DNA of 64,000 bases, taken from positions 1,452,724 through 1,516,723 of the forward strand of contig KV454011.1 of NCBI GenBank assembly GCA_001661245.1. Direction: 5' to 3'. The DNA comes from Pachysolen tannophilus NRRL Y-2460. Taxonomy: Eukaryota. Position 1 is the stretch's first letter. The number at the start of each line of letters is the position of its first letter. Shown in pieces: positions 23,760 to 33,153 of the stretch. The notes under the pieces are model-generated. The model was not told where the DNA came from. It made no database searches and was given only the letters and a program-made list of their open reading frames with translations. Both the position numbers and the translations under genes were made by a program.

Positions 23760-24466
23760 TTATGATCTTGAAATACTTTGAAATTTGATTTTTTTTCTTT
23801 CCTTCCAGGTTTATTAGATAATTGTATCAGAGTTTTCTGTTTTTCAAAATTTTCCTTCATCCTCAAAAAATCTTGTTCATCCTTATCAAATTCATCTTCA
23901 TCAAGTTCAGGTATCGAAAGTTCAGTAATTGTGTGTTGTTGACTACGATTTCCAATACCATTGCTCATATCTGCCTCTGATTTTATTGGTTCTTCTTGTT
24001 GCTGTTGTTGAACATCATCAAGAACTGGTTCCTCACCTTGCGGTATCACCATTGACTCTCGTCTCCTTGTTTTTCGCCTTGCATTTACCAATGGCAAATC
24101 AGGACTCACATTGTCATCATTAGAGGTCTTTATACTGATATTAGACAATGGCTCAATATTATTTTCAACTCTAATATCATCTATCTTGTCGAAAATCTCA
24201 CCAAATTTTAAAACACATTCCTTCTCTAATTCATCTAGCACTGAATTCAAATTATGAGTTCCAGTAACCTTGTCATTTTTCAATTTAATATAATCTTTAA
24301 ATAACTGATTAAGCTTGGTTTCCAAGAAGGCAATCTTCGATAACAATGAAGAATTCACCTTAGCTAAACTTCTATTTTGGCCAATATATTTTGACCTTAT
24401 AATTTCCAATTGCTGATGAGTTATATTATTCAACTTTGAAGCACCGCCTTGATTACTATTGAACAT
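23756..24466 (-). CDS. SGO1: Shugoshin N-terminal part (PP2A-binding coiled coil), truncated at the inversion breakpoint
   Basis: LEIIRSKYIGQNRSLAKVNSSLLSKIAFLETKLNQL is the shugoshin N-terminal coiled coil. First ATG at 24466. Confidence 0.85.
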   Translation of the reverse strand: MFNSNQGGASKLNNITHQQLEIIRSKYIGQNRSLAKVNSSLLSKIAFLETKLNQLFKDYIKLKNDKVTGTHNLNSVLDELEKECVLKFGEIFDKIDDIRVENNIEPLSNISIKTSNDDNVSPDLPLVNARRKTRRRESMVIPQGEEPVLDDVQQQQQEEPIKSEADMSNGIGNRSQQHTITELSIPELDEDEFDKDEQDFLRMKENFEKQKTLIQLSNKPGRKEKKSNFKVFQDHK

Positions 24467-24559
24467 CCTACTGTCGGTGACATATATATATATATATATA
24501 TATATAAATATATAATCTCTTTCTAGTGTCTTTGTATAAAATTGTATATATTTTATCTT

Positions 24560-24584
24560 GTAAACAAAAAAGGTAAACACGAAA
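24560..24584 (+). promoter_or_regulatory. Two forkhead sites (GTAAACA) and an SCB-like CACGAAA in the SGO1/DAD2 divergent promoter
   Basis: GTAAACA at 24560-24566 and 24573-24579; CACGAAA at 24578-24584. Confidence 0.5.
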
Positions 24585-24658
24585 AAAAAAAATAGACCAA
24601 AAGTTATTATCAAAATAATTAAAAAGAACTCAGTGATTTGGGGAGTTTTTGACGAGAT

Positions 24659-25156
24659 ATGGAAACAACAGCTGGTCTTAATAATGGTGGGAAATCACCT
24701 CATTTAGATGGAAAATCTCCTTCTGTTGGTCTGAGTTCAAATAGACTTCAGCAGAAAATTTTAGAAAAACAAAAAGAGTTGAAATCACTTCAAGTAATAA
24801 ACAATCTCATCAATAGATTATTGTTAAATTTTGAAAGACTTTCTGGAGATTTGTCGAAGTTATCGTCTGGGACGGATGCTATTGCGATGATAATGTCTAA
24901 CTGGAGTGAGATATTGAAGATTATCAAGTTAAGTAATTTGAATTTACTGTTACAAACACAGCGGCTGCTGGGAGAATCGTTGTCTAATACTACATTAGAT
25001 TTTGAAAAATTTGAAAATGATAAAGATCCAGATGATATGCCATTGCCTGAGACTTTAGTGAGACTTAGGTTGAATAAAGATGTGGAGAATAACAAGGAGG
25101 AAGAAGAGGAAGATACAGGATTGGATAAACATGAAGATGGGGTTATGGAAGATTAA
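24659..25156 (+). CDS. DAD2: DASH/Dam1 complex subunit Dad2
   Basis: LQQKILEKQKELKSL, GTDAIAMIMSNWSEILKII, PLPETLVRL. Sits next to NUP133 as in S. cerevisiae. Confidence 0.9.
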   Translation: METTAGLNNGGKSPHLDGKSPSVGLSSNRLQQKILEKQKELKSLQVINNLINRLLLNFERLSGDLSKLSSGTDAIAMIMSNWSEILKIIKLSNLNLLLQTQRLLGESLSNTTLDFEKFENDKDPDDMPLPETLVRLRLNKDVENNKEEEEEDTGLDKHEDGVMED

Positions 25157-25330
25157 AGTAAATTCAAGGAAATAAATAACACGCGTTTTGTTTCATGTTA
25201 GAGATGATTATAGTTTATAAACTGTTTAGTGGGGATTAGTTTTAATTAGTTATTTAATATTTCATGTTTTTATGGAAAAATTAAAATTATTTAAATTTCT
25301 AAAATTTATTAAATTTTATGCTCTAAAGTA

Positions 25331-28300
25331 TTAACCTTCGGTCATTTGTATGTCCTGATAATCAGAGATATCATTGTTATAAAAAGTAGATACTAATTTA
25401 ATGTAATCTCTTAACCCATGCCTGGTAAAATTCTCTTTTAAAATTTCAGTTTCAACTAGGATATCTTGATAGATTTTTTTTAACAAATCCGAATCATCAA
25501 GTTGTAACCATCGTTTCAATTCTGAAATGCTAACTTGAGATATATTTTCAAATTCTGAAAAAGTACTAAATACTATCGTATTTTCTGCACTTTCTCTTAA
25601 AATTTCTCTAACATTTTTAAATAAAACTGTGTTCTTGATTAATTCTAAATTAGAATCATCATTTTTCCCAGTATCATTAACTTGTTTAATTTCAGAATTT
25701 ATCTTTTTCCAATCATCAACAATAAATAATCTTCTAAAAAAAAGCTTGTATTCAAAATTATCTGAATCTGCTATTTTCAAAATATTAAAACCTTTAGCAA
25801 AATTTAACTCTAAAGAGGAATTCAATGTTAAATCTATCATTGTTAACAAATCAATCAATTCATATTTAGTTAAAATTTTGTTGGATAAAAACTTGGAAAC
25901 CTCTTTTTTGAAAAAATTCTCCTTAAAATTAGTTGCTGGGTTTTTTCCAAAATAATCATTCTTAGTCAAATTATTCATGACATTAGATTCCTGTTTATTA
26001 ATATCATTATCGTCAATCAAAAATTGTAATATGTTTTCATAGAGTTCTTTCTGATATGATATTATTTTCAAATCAAGACTGATTTCCTTTATTAAATTGT
26101 CCAAATATTGTTTATCCCTAAATTCTGTTCTGATGGACAATAAAGATAATTTAGCAGTACTTAACTGCAATGATCTATTAGTTATATATTTCTCTTCTTT
26201 GCAGTCAATTAATGTTAAACCTGCTTTTTCAAACTTTTCATCCAATAAATATTTAATCCAAGAAATATTAGCATACTGTCTATTCTCTTTGAAAAATTGA
26301 TCAAGATAAGTCGCATATTTGGAAAACCTGAAAAATAGTATTTTAAAATCTTTATTTTTAATCAAGTATTTATAAAAACAGGAAGCAAATCTGTATTTGA
26401 ATTTTTCAAAATATAGATTGAATGTATTTTCAATGAACAGTGTTTCTTCTTTTAAAAGATCCTTACTGTCCGGTTCAGTTTTAAATCTAATTCTGTTATG
26501 ATCCAAAATTTCAGTTATAGTGAGCATATCTTCGAAATTTTCAGCCATTCTTAAAATCAATTCCTTCCGATCAAATAGTATTAAAATATCCAACCATTTA
26601 GATTTAGTCTCCTCATATTCGGTAGTTAATTCTAATAATAATTGACTTTTAGTTTTTTCAGTTTTTGATAAATATGAAATAGAATCATTAAAAATGTAAA
26701 ACAAAAATTCAGCTATTCCTAATAAGTCTGAACCAATCTTAAACAAGAAATCATCTTTAAAAGATTTTTGTAGTAATAATTCATAGTAATTTTTGTAAAA
26801 TAATTTGAAAATTTCGTTCACTTTGAATAATAAAAGAGAGCTTTCTACTGAAAATGGTTTAACCAATAATGTTGTCTCATCATAATTCCATAAATCCAAA
26901 TTTTGAGCATTATACCTTAAAGTTTTCTCAATATCAATATAACCATTGACAAAAGTTAGGTTCAAAATGTTCAGAATTTTAGAAGCATCAATATTTTCAA
27001 CTCTTGGGCCAATATCTTCTAAAAAATTTGTAATAAACAGAGAAATTAATTCATCGATTTTGTCTAACTTGTTGAAATAGAAAAAACTGATCATATTTTT
27101 TTCCTTAACTTCTTCATCATTAACTATATCTTTAATTGATTTGATTAAAATTGTATTATATCTTCCAGGAAGGCTAGAATTAAAACTGGAGTAAAATTCT
27201 TTTGCGATCTTCAATTTTTCATATTTTTTCAAGATAAAAATTTTTAAATCATTTGAAATCAGGGAAATAAAATTTTCAACAATATAATTAATTAATTTTT
27301 CATAAGTCAAATTAATTTGAATTAAAAAATCATCCACAGATGGATAATTTTTATAAGAATCTTTGAAATTTTTGTTAAAAACCAAGTCATTAATCACGTT
27401 TAATATTGCATTTTCCACATCTTTTGTAAGATACTGATATTTTGGGAATTTGAAAAAAACTGGATTATCTAATGACCCATCAGTGTGATTATAAATAGCC
27501 TGCTCAATATATGATTTAATATACATCATTGGTCTTTGTTGTAATTTCAAATTATATTCATAATCGGACATTTCAGTAGGTTCTGTATCATTTTCATCTG
27601 GTATTCTTTCAATTTTCAAGATTCCAGAACGTGAAGTAACTAACATTAAACCATTCTCAATACTTTGGCTATGATCATAACCAACAACTGATACACCACG
27701 TTTCAAAGTTATAGCATCTTCCCATCTTGGTTTATAATTCAGATTACTCATATCAATTGGTTTAAGTGAAGTCATAACTTCAATCATTATGACTGAACTT
27801 TCTAAAACGATATAACAAAAATTGAAAGGTTTAGGTAAAACTAGTTTTGGTCTATCTAATTTAGTTGCAATATAACATGTTGATTTATATGTTGAATAAA
27901 GTGTGACACTCTTTGTTGATTCGTTAATTTCCACTGAGTATAATACTAAATATTTTTCATCATCATTATCATCATCATCTTCATCTTTGTTAAAGCTGAT
28001 CAATACCAAGTAAACATTTTTAAGTGGTAATGGAATCATATCTAATACTTTGAAAGAACGGAAAACATTAGGATAAAGTGGTTCTATAAATGAAGCCAAT
28101 GTTTCTTTTAAATTTTTTTGGAAAAGTTCAACAACTTTATTATTACTTTTAATTTCAAATAAATGAAAATTTCCATCTGAATCCTGTATAGCAAGTCTAT
28201 TCTCCTTTTTCTTAATAGATACTATTCTACTACTATTAATTATATAATCACTCAAGTCATAATCTAATTTCATACCTCCTTTGAAAATGGATCCGAACAA

Positions 28301-29071
28301 TTTCATCGACCCCCAGATACCACTCATGATATCAATTTTATTCAATTTTGGTTTACCAAGATTATCTCTTAAATTGATTAATGAAACTTTTTTAAAATTA
28401 GTCGTTATGAAAATACTATCCATATCTTTAACGTATTCACATTCCGTCACAAATTCATTTTTATTTAAATTCAAATTCATATCTAAAATTTTATAATTTA
28501 AAACTTTCAATGCAGGAGCATTATTAATAGATTCATAATATTTTAAACTACCAGTATAAGAATCAATTATTACCAACCCTGGATCATCAAGTTCTTCATC
28601 CGTGACATCATTATTATTATCAACCAATAAGGCAAACGGCTTCAACAGATATGGATTAAGCGCATACGAAAACGCCATTGCAATACCATGCTCTTTAAAA
28701 TGGTAAATATAAATCGAAGAATTATCAATTAAAATTGAATAATTCTTATATATTGAAGAACCATATTGTAAAATATGCAGCTCAATATCATTAGCTATCA
28801 CTGATGGCAAATCAGGTAATTTCAAAACCTTATACTTATCAGTCCGAGTCAACTCAACAAAAGAGTCACCGCTACTAGATGTTGGTGAAACTGCTGTTGT
28901 TGTTGTTGCCGTTGCCGTTGCCGCTGTTTCTGTTGCTGTTATGGTTTTAAACTCTTGCAGCTCATTATTCTTATTGTTATTCTTATTATTATTATTAGCA
29001 TCGGATTCATCATTACGATAAGCCAGCTTACTATTATTTTTCAATTTCCTCGCTGTAAATAAAGTAGACAT
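25331..29071 (-). CDS. NUP133: Nucleoporin Nup133
   Basis: LF..RK N-terminus, ELTRTDKYKVLKLP, PGLVIID..TG...YYESI, WED.I.L, AENFEDM.T..EI, ISWI. About 1246 aa; divergent from RPF2. Confidence 0.9.
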   Translation of the reverse strand: MSTLFTARKLKNNSKLAYRNDESDANNNNKNNNKNNELQEFKTITATETAATATATTTTAVSPTSSSGDSFVELTRTDKYKVLKLPDLPSVIANDIELHILQYGSSIYKNYSILIDNSSIYIYHFKEHGIAMAFSYALNPYLLKPFALLVDNNNDVTDEELDDPGLVIIDSYTGSLKYYESINNAPALKVLNYKILDMNLNLNKNEFVTECEYVKDMDSIFITTNFKKVSLINLRDNLGKPKLNKIDIMSGIWGSMKLFGSIFKGGMKLDYDLSDYIINSSRIVSIKKKENRLAIQDSDGNFHLFEIKSNNKVVELFQKNLKETLASFIEPLYPNVFRSFKVLDMIPLPLKNVYLVLISFNKDEDDDDNDDEKYLVLYSVEINESTKSVTLYSTYKSTCYIATKLDRPKLVLPKPFNFCYIVLESSVIMIEVMTSLKPIDMSNLNYKPRWEDAITLKRGVSVVGYDHSQSIENGLMLVTSRSGILKIERIPDENDTEPTEMSDYEYNLKLQQRPMMYIKSYIEQAIYNHTDGSLDNPVFFKFPKYQYLTKDVENAILNVINDLVFNKNFKDSYKNYPSVDDFLIQINLTYEKLINYIVENFISLISNDLKIFILKKYEKLKIAKEFYSSFNSSLPGRYNTILIKSIKDIVNDEEVKEKNMISFFYFNKLDKIDELISLFITNFLEDIGPRVENIDASKILNILNLTFVNGYIDIEKTLRYNAQNLDLWNYDETTLLVKPFSVESSLLLFKVNEIFKLFYKNYYELLLQKSFKDDFLFKIGSDLLGIAEFLFYIFNDSISYLSKTEKTKSQLLLELTTEYEETKSKWLDILILFDRKELILRMAENFEDMLTITEILDHNRIRFKTEPDSKDLLKEETLFIENTFNLYFEKFKYRFASCFYKYLIKNKDFKILFFRFSKYATYLDQFFKENRQYANISWIKYLLDEKFEKAGLTLIDCKEEKYITNRSLQLSTAKLSLLSIRTEFRDKQYLDNLIKEISLDLKIISYQKELYENILQFLIDDNDINKQESNVMNNLTKNDYFGKNPATNFKENFFKKEVSKFLSNKILTKYELIDLLTMIDLTLNSSLELNFAKGFNILKIADSDNFEYKLFFRRLFIVDDWKKINSEIKQVNDTGKNDDSNLELIKNTVLFKNVREILRESAENTIVFSTFSEFENISQVSISELKRWLQLDDSDLLKKIYQDILVETEILKENFTRHGLRDYIKLVSTFYNNDISDYQDIQMTEG

Positions 29072-29383
29072 TCTCAACCAACAACACTCTCCAGATCAAA
29101 TCAATTAACCGTTGACAACAACAATTACAAGAGAAAGAGTACCACCACTATTATTGTTTCAGCTTCTTGTTTACTATTCAAAACACCGTTTCCCAATATA
29201 TATTTGTTAGAAAAAAAATAGAAAAAAAAAAAAAAAAAAAAATTTAATTCAGCGCACGCACTTTGCTACGCATTTGAAATCACAAGATGCGCAAAAAGTT
29301 ATAAATGCGCGCACTTTTAAACAGTGCACTCTTGCTGTTTTGTGTGCACCTTTGCAGCGCATCTAGATAAGCCAAGTGCGCAC

Positions 29384-29427
29384 GGATGAGATGAAAAAAA
29401 AAAATTTTTTCTTTTGAAAAATTTTTT
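29384..29427 (+). promoter_or_regulatory. PAC-like (GGATGAG) and RRPE (TGAAAAATTTT) motifs upstream of RPF2
   Basis: GGATGAGATG at 29384 and TGAAAAATTTT at 29415; RPF2 is a ribosome-biogenesis gene. Confidence 0.55.
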
Positions 29428-29549
29428 AAAGCCTGTGTGAAAAAAAAAGAAGAAGAAGAAGAAGAAGAATAAAAGTTAAGTTGTTTAACATTAACATTTG
29501 GTATATTCATATATTGGTATATTGATATAGGTTACAGGGGTGGTTCATT

Positions 29550-30592
29550 ATGATTAGAACAACTAAACCAAAGACTGCAAGGTCCAAAAGAGCTTTGGCT
29601 AAGAAGGAACCTAAGATAGTGGAGAATGTTAAGACTGCTCTTTTCATTCCAGGTAGTTCTTCTAATAAATTTTTACATGATTGTACTGTTGATTTAAGCA
29701 ATTTGAAAAAACCAGATATTAAAAGGTTTAATAAGAAAAATGATATTTTAGCATTTGAAGATGCTTCTAAATTGGAATTTTTAAGTGAAAAGAATGATTG
29801 TTCTTTATTGGTTTTAAGTACAAATAATAAGAAAAGACCAAATACTTTAATATTTGCTAGAACTTTTAATTATAAGATATATGATATTATTGAATTATCT
29901 ATTTTAAATAATTATAAATTATTATCTGATTTTAAAAAAAAACTTTTGGTATAGGTTTAAAACCAATGTTTATTTTTAATGGACAAATTTTTGAAACTCA
30001 TCCTGTTTATAAACATTTAAAATCATTATTTTTAGATTTTTTCAGAGGTGAAGTTACAGATTTACAAGATTTGAGTGGATTACAACATATGATTGCAATA
30101 AGTGCTGCAGAAGTTGATGATATTGATGAAACTTTTTCAAAATTACCAATTGTTTATTTTAGAGTTTATAAATTGAAAACTTATAAGAGTAATCAACCAA
30201 AGATTCCAAGAGTTGAAATTGATGAAATTGGACCTCGTTTAAATTTTAAAGTTGGAAGATATGAAGAACCTTCTGCTGAATTGGAGAAAGAAGCTTTGGC
30301 AAGACCAAAACAATTAGAACAAAAGACAAAGAAGAATGTCGAAACCGATTTTATGGGAGATAAAGTTGCTCAAATCCATCTTGGTAAACAAGATTTGAGT
30401 AAATTACAAACTAGAAAGATGAAAGGGTTGAAAAGTAAATATGATCAGTTAAGCGATGATGACGACGATGATGTCGATGAATTCCAAGATGCTGTTGAAG
30501 ATTATGGTGAAGAAGAGGAGGAAGAAGAAGATGAAGAAGAAGAAGAAGAGGAGGAGGAACAACCTTCTTCAAAAAGGACAAAATTGAATTAG
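29550..30592 (+). CDS. RPF2: Ribosome assembly factor Rpf2 (Brix domain), split by a 1-nt frameshift in the A9 run at 29934..29942
   Basis: MIRTTKPKTARSKRAL...EFLSEKNDCSL in ORF 1. The second frame reads TFGIGLKPMFIFNG...EIGPRLNF...KLQTRKMKGLK. Adding one A gives a continuous 347-aa protein. Confidence 0.93.
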
Positions 30593-30793
30593 GTTTTATT
30601 TTTATTGTATATTAATAGATGATCCAAATAATTATGGGAATCATCCATATATATAGATATATATTTATATGTATATCAAGATGGAACAATTAAATCTTCT
30701 GAGGTGAACACTAAATAATAATAAATTCTTTTACAAAAAAAAAAAAAAATAAAATAACTAAACAAAATATAAACGTTTGTTTTACTTCAAAAT

Positions 30794-32962
30794 CTAAAAT
30801 TTACAGCTTTCATAAAAAGTTTCCCATAATTCAATAACTTCCTTTTGGGATTCAATCAAACTTTCCCAATAAATTTCAAGTGAATTTTTAAAATCATTTA
30901 ATCTCTCAATTTCAAAAATTTTTAAATTAGATTTAATTTTATTCTCCAAATTCAGTTTTATAGTTTTCTCTTTTGTAATCATTTTTTCTAAATCTTCAAT
31001 CTCTTGTTCATAATTTTTTAATTTATCTATCTGAGTTGTATGAAATTTCAATTTAAACTTTGATAAATTTTTTTGTTTTTTAATAGATGAAGATGTTAAA
31101 ATTGTTAAATTATTTGAAACTTTTAATCTTTGTTCTAAAATCAATCTAATTGAGCCAATTAATCTGATGTATTCATCCACCGTATTGCCAATTGTTAACA
31201 ATTCACTCATAGAAAGTCTGTCCATTAACTCGCCTATATTTGAATTTAATTTCGAATAGTTATCAAATATCAAAGTTAATTCATTTGTAATTTCCAACTC
31301 GGTGAGTTGTTTTGAAATTTTCAAAAATTCATCTAATGATAACACTAGATCCTGTCTAGTGGTTATAACCATCTCTAAAGATCTATATAAAGATTTCAAT
31401 TCAGCTTCAAGATCATCAATATATTGAGTCTTTTCAACAAAATATGGATCCTGTTCCACGTACTTTGGTTGTGATAAGGAAAATGCACCTGTAATTGCAG
31501 ACATAAATCCACTATTTGAAGATGAATTTGATGTAACCGAGTTAAAATTTAAATCTAAAGATGAACTTAATTCATCATCACTATTAGCACCATTGGATAC
31601 ATCGGCTCCAATCTTGTCAGATTGGTTATGATAATGGATATTCTCCCTTTCCTTTGACTCACTATTGAAATTTTCACTACTCAAGAATATTATAAAATCA
31701 TAATCTTTTTGTAAAACGTTATGTTGACTAATCTTGGTCAACATTCTTTCCAATAACAATCTTCTGTTTTCCACAAAATTTTCATTGAATCTACCAACAA
31801 CTTGTTTTTCAGGTGGCGGTGGAATAATGTAACCTGGATGATTGTGAGCTAATTGGTTATACAACCACAAGAAATCTTTATAACGTCTAGTTACAGTAAC
31901 CTCCTTATTATCATTATTTTCATCATCTTCATTTTTAATCAAAGCAGGAGAGTTTGATATTGTGGCAACTCTATACACAATATGTGCATTAGTCAATTCA
32001 CCTACTTTGATCGGATCTCCAACAGTAATTGAAAAATTATACTCTGGTTGTATTTGGTTTAATAATTCCTGAACATCACCTTGTTGTTGTGCAGCAATTG
32101 TGGAATTAGCTGTTGAAGATGGAGATAAATTATTATTATTATTTACTCCAGTCAGCAGTCTTGATGATTTCCTGATTGGTGACGAAATAGTATGTGTAGT
32201 TTCAAATAACGGCTTATCAATAGACTTAATTAATTCTTCTCCACGGTCAATTATCTTACCCCTTGGTTCCTCATTATCCTCGATATTGCCATTATTACCA
32301 CCAACCAATCCTAGAGGATCAATATCTTTTTCCTGTGTTGCTTTTGAATTTTCCTCTTCCAGTTGCTTCTTCTGCAATTCCTCTTGTAAAGGTTTTCTAA
32401 CGTGACGACCAAATCTTCTTGCCCTTGGAGCTACATACATTGAAGCAGAATTTTTCCTCAAAGCAACCTTCTTTGGTGAAGGAGATGTTGTCTTTTCATT
32501 ATTCTCATCTACAACAGCAACCGGTAAGATCAAATCATCCTTATTGGATTGAAATAAATTTTCATCTTTATTGAGTTTAACTGATTCAATATTATCGTTC
32601 TCATTATCATTTTCATCAATCAACGAGCTTAACAATTCTTTTTTCTTAATTTTCGATTCATCTTGCTGTTGCTCTAATTCGTATTCTTTAATGTAATTGC
32701 TATTACTATTAATATTGTTATTATTGTAGCCATCATCTTCCTCATCATGATCATGATCACGTTCATGTTCATGTTCATGTTCTTCTTCTTCTTCTTCTTC
32801 TTCTTCTTCATCGACATGCGTAGCATTCAACGTATCATTTAATTCATCAACATTCTCATCTCTAAACAGGTTTTCATTTAATATATCAGCATAATTGGTA
32901 GTTCTAGGTGCTGGAGATGATTCCAATAGATCACCCCAATGCGATTCTGATAAATCATCCAT
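30794..32962 (-). CDS. VPS5: Retromer sorting nexin Vps5 (PX-BAR)
   Basis: ITVGDPIKVGELTNAHIVY, VTRRYKDFLWLY, IPPPPEKQVVGRF, C-terminal QKEVIELWETFY. Confidence 0.95.
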   Translation of the reverse strand: MDDLSESHWGDLLESSPAPRTTNYADILNENLFRDENVDELNDTLNATHVDEEEEEEEEEEHEHEHERDHDHDEEDDGYNNNNINSNSNYIKEYELEQQQDESKIKKKELLSSLIDENDNENDNIESVKLNKDENLFQSNKDDLILPVAVVDENNEKTTSPSPKKVALRKNSASMYVAPRARRFGRHVRKPLQEELQKKQLEEENSKATQEKDIDPLGLVGGNNGNIEDNEEPRGKIIDRGEELIKSIDKPLFETTHTISSPIRKSSRLLTGVNNNNNLSPSSTANSTIAAQQQGDVQELLNQIQPEYNFSITVGDPIKVGELTNAHIVYRVATISNSPALIKNEDDENNDNKEVTVTRRYKDFLWLYNQLAHNHPGYIIPPPPEKQVVGRFNENFVENRRLLLERMLTKISQHNVLQKDYDFIIFLSSENFNSESKERENIHYHNQSDKIGADVSNGANSDDELSSSLDLNFNSVTSNSSSNSGFMSAITGAFSLSQPKYVEQDPYFVEKTQYIDDLEAELKSLYRSLEMVITTRQDLVLSLDEFLKISKQLTELEITNELTLIFDNYSKLNSNIGELMDRLSMSELLTIGNTVDEYIRLIGSIRLILEQRLKVSNNLTILTSSSIKKQKNLSKFKLKFHTTQIDKLKNYEQEIEDLEKMITKEKTIKLNLENKIKSNLKIFEIERLNDFKNSLEIYWESLIESQKEVIELWETFYESCKF

Positions 32963-33153
32963 CTTCTTCAATCGTTTCTTATTAATATTATAAAATTTAT
33001 TTGATAAGACAGAGTTATTTTTTTACTCAATTTTTTTTAGTAAAAAAACAAAATTCTTAACGTTGTAAATTTAAATCATTATTTTTAAAAGCTTTTTAAG
33101 ACGATTTTTAAACGTTTTCACAATTGGAATAAAAGAAATTGAATAGGCGGGAT

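Noticed and set aside
22682..23761. AAAT/ATTT 4-bp inverted microhomology as the recombination point
   Set aside because: Inverting in that register yields stops in both genes (AAA TGA and AAA TAA); only the 22685/23759 register restores them.
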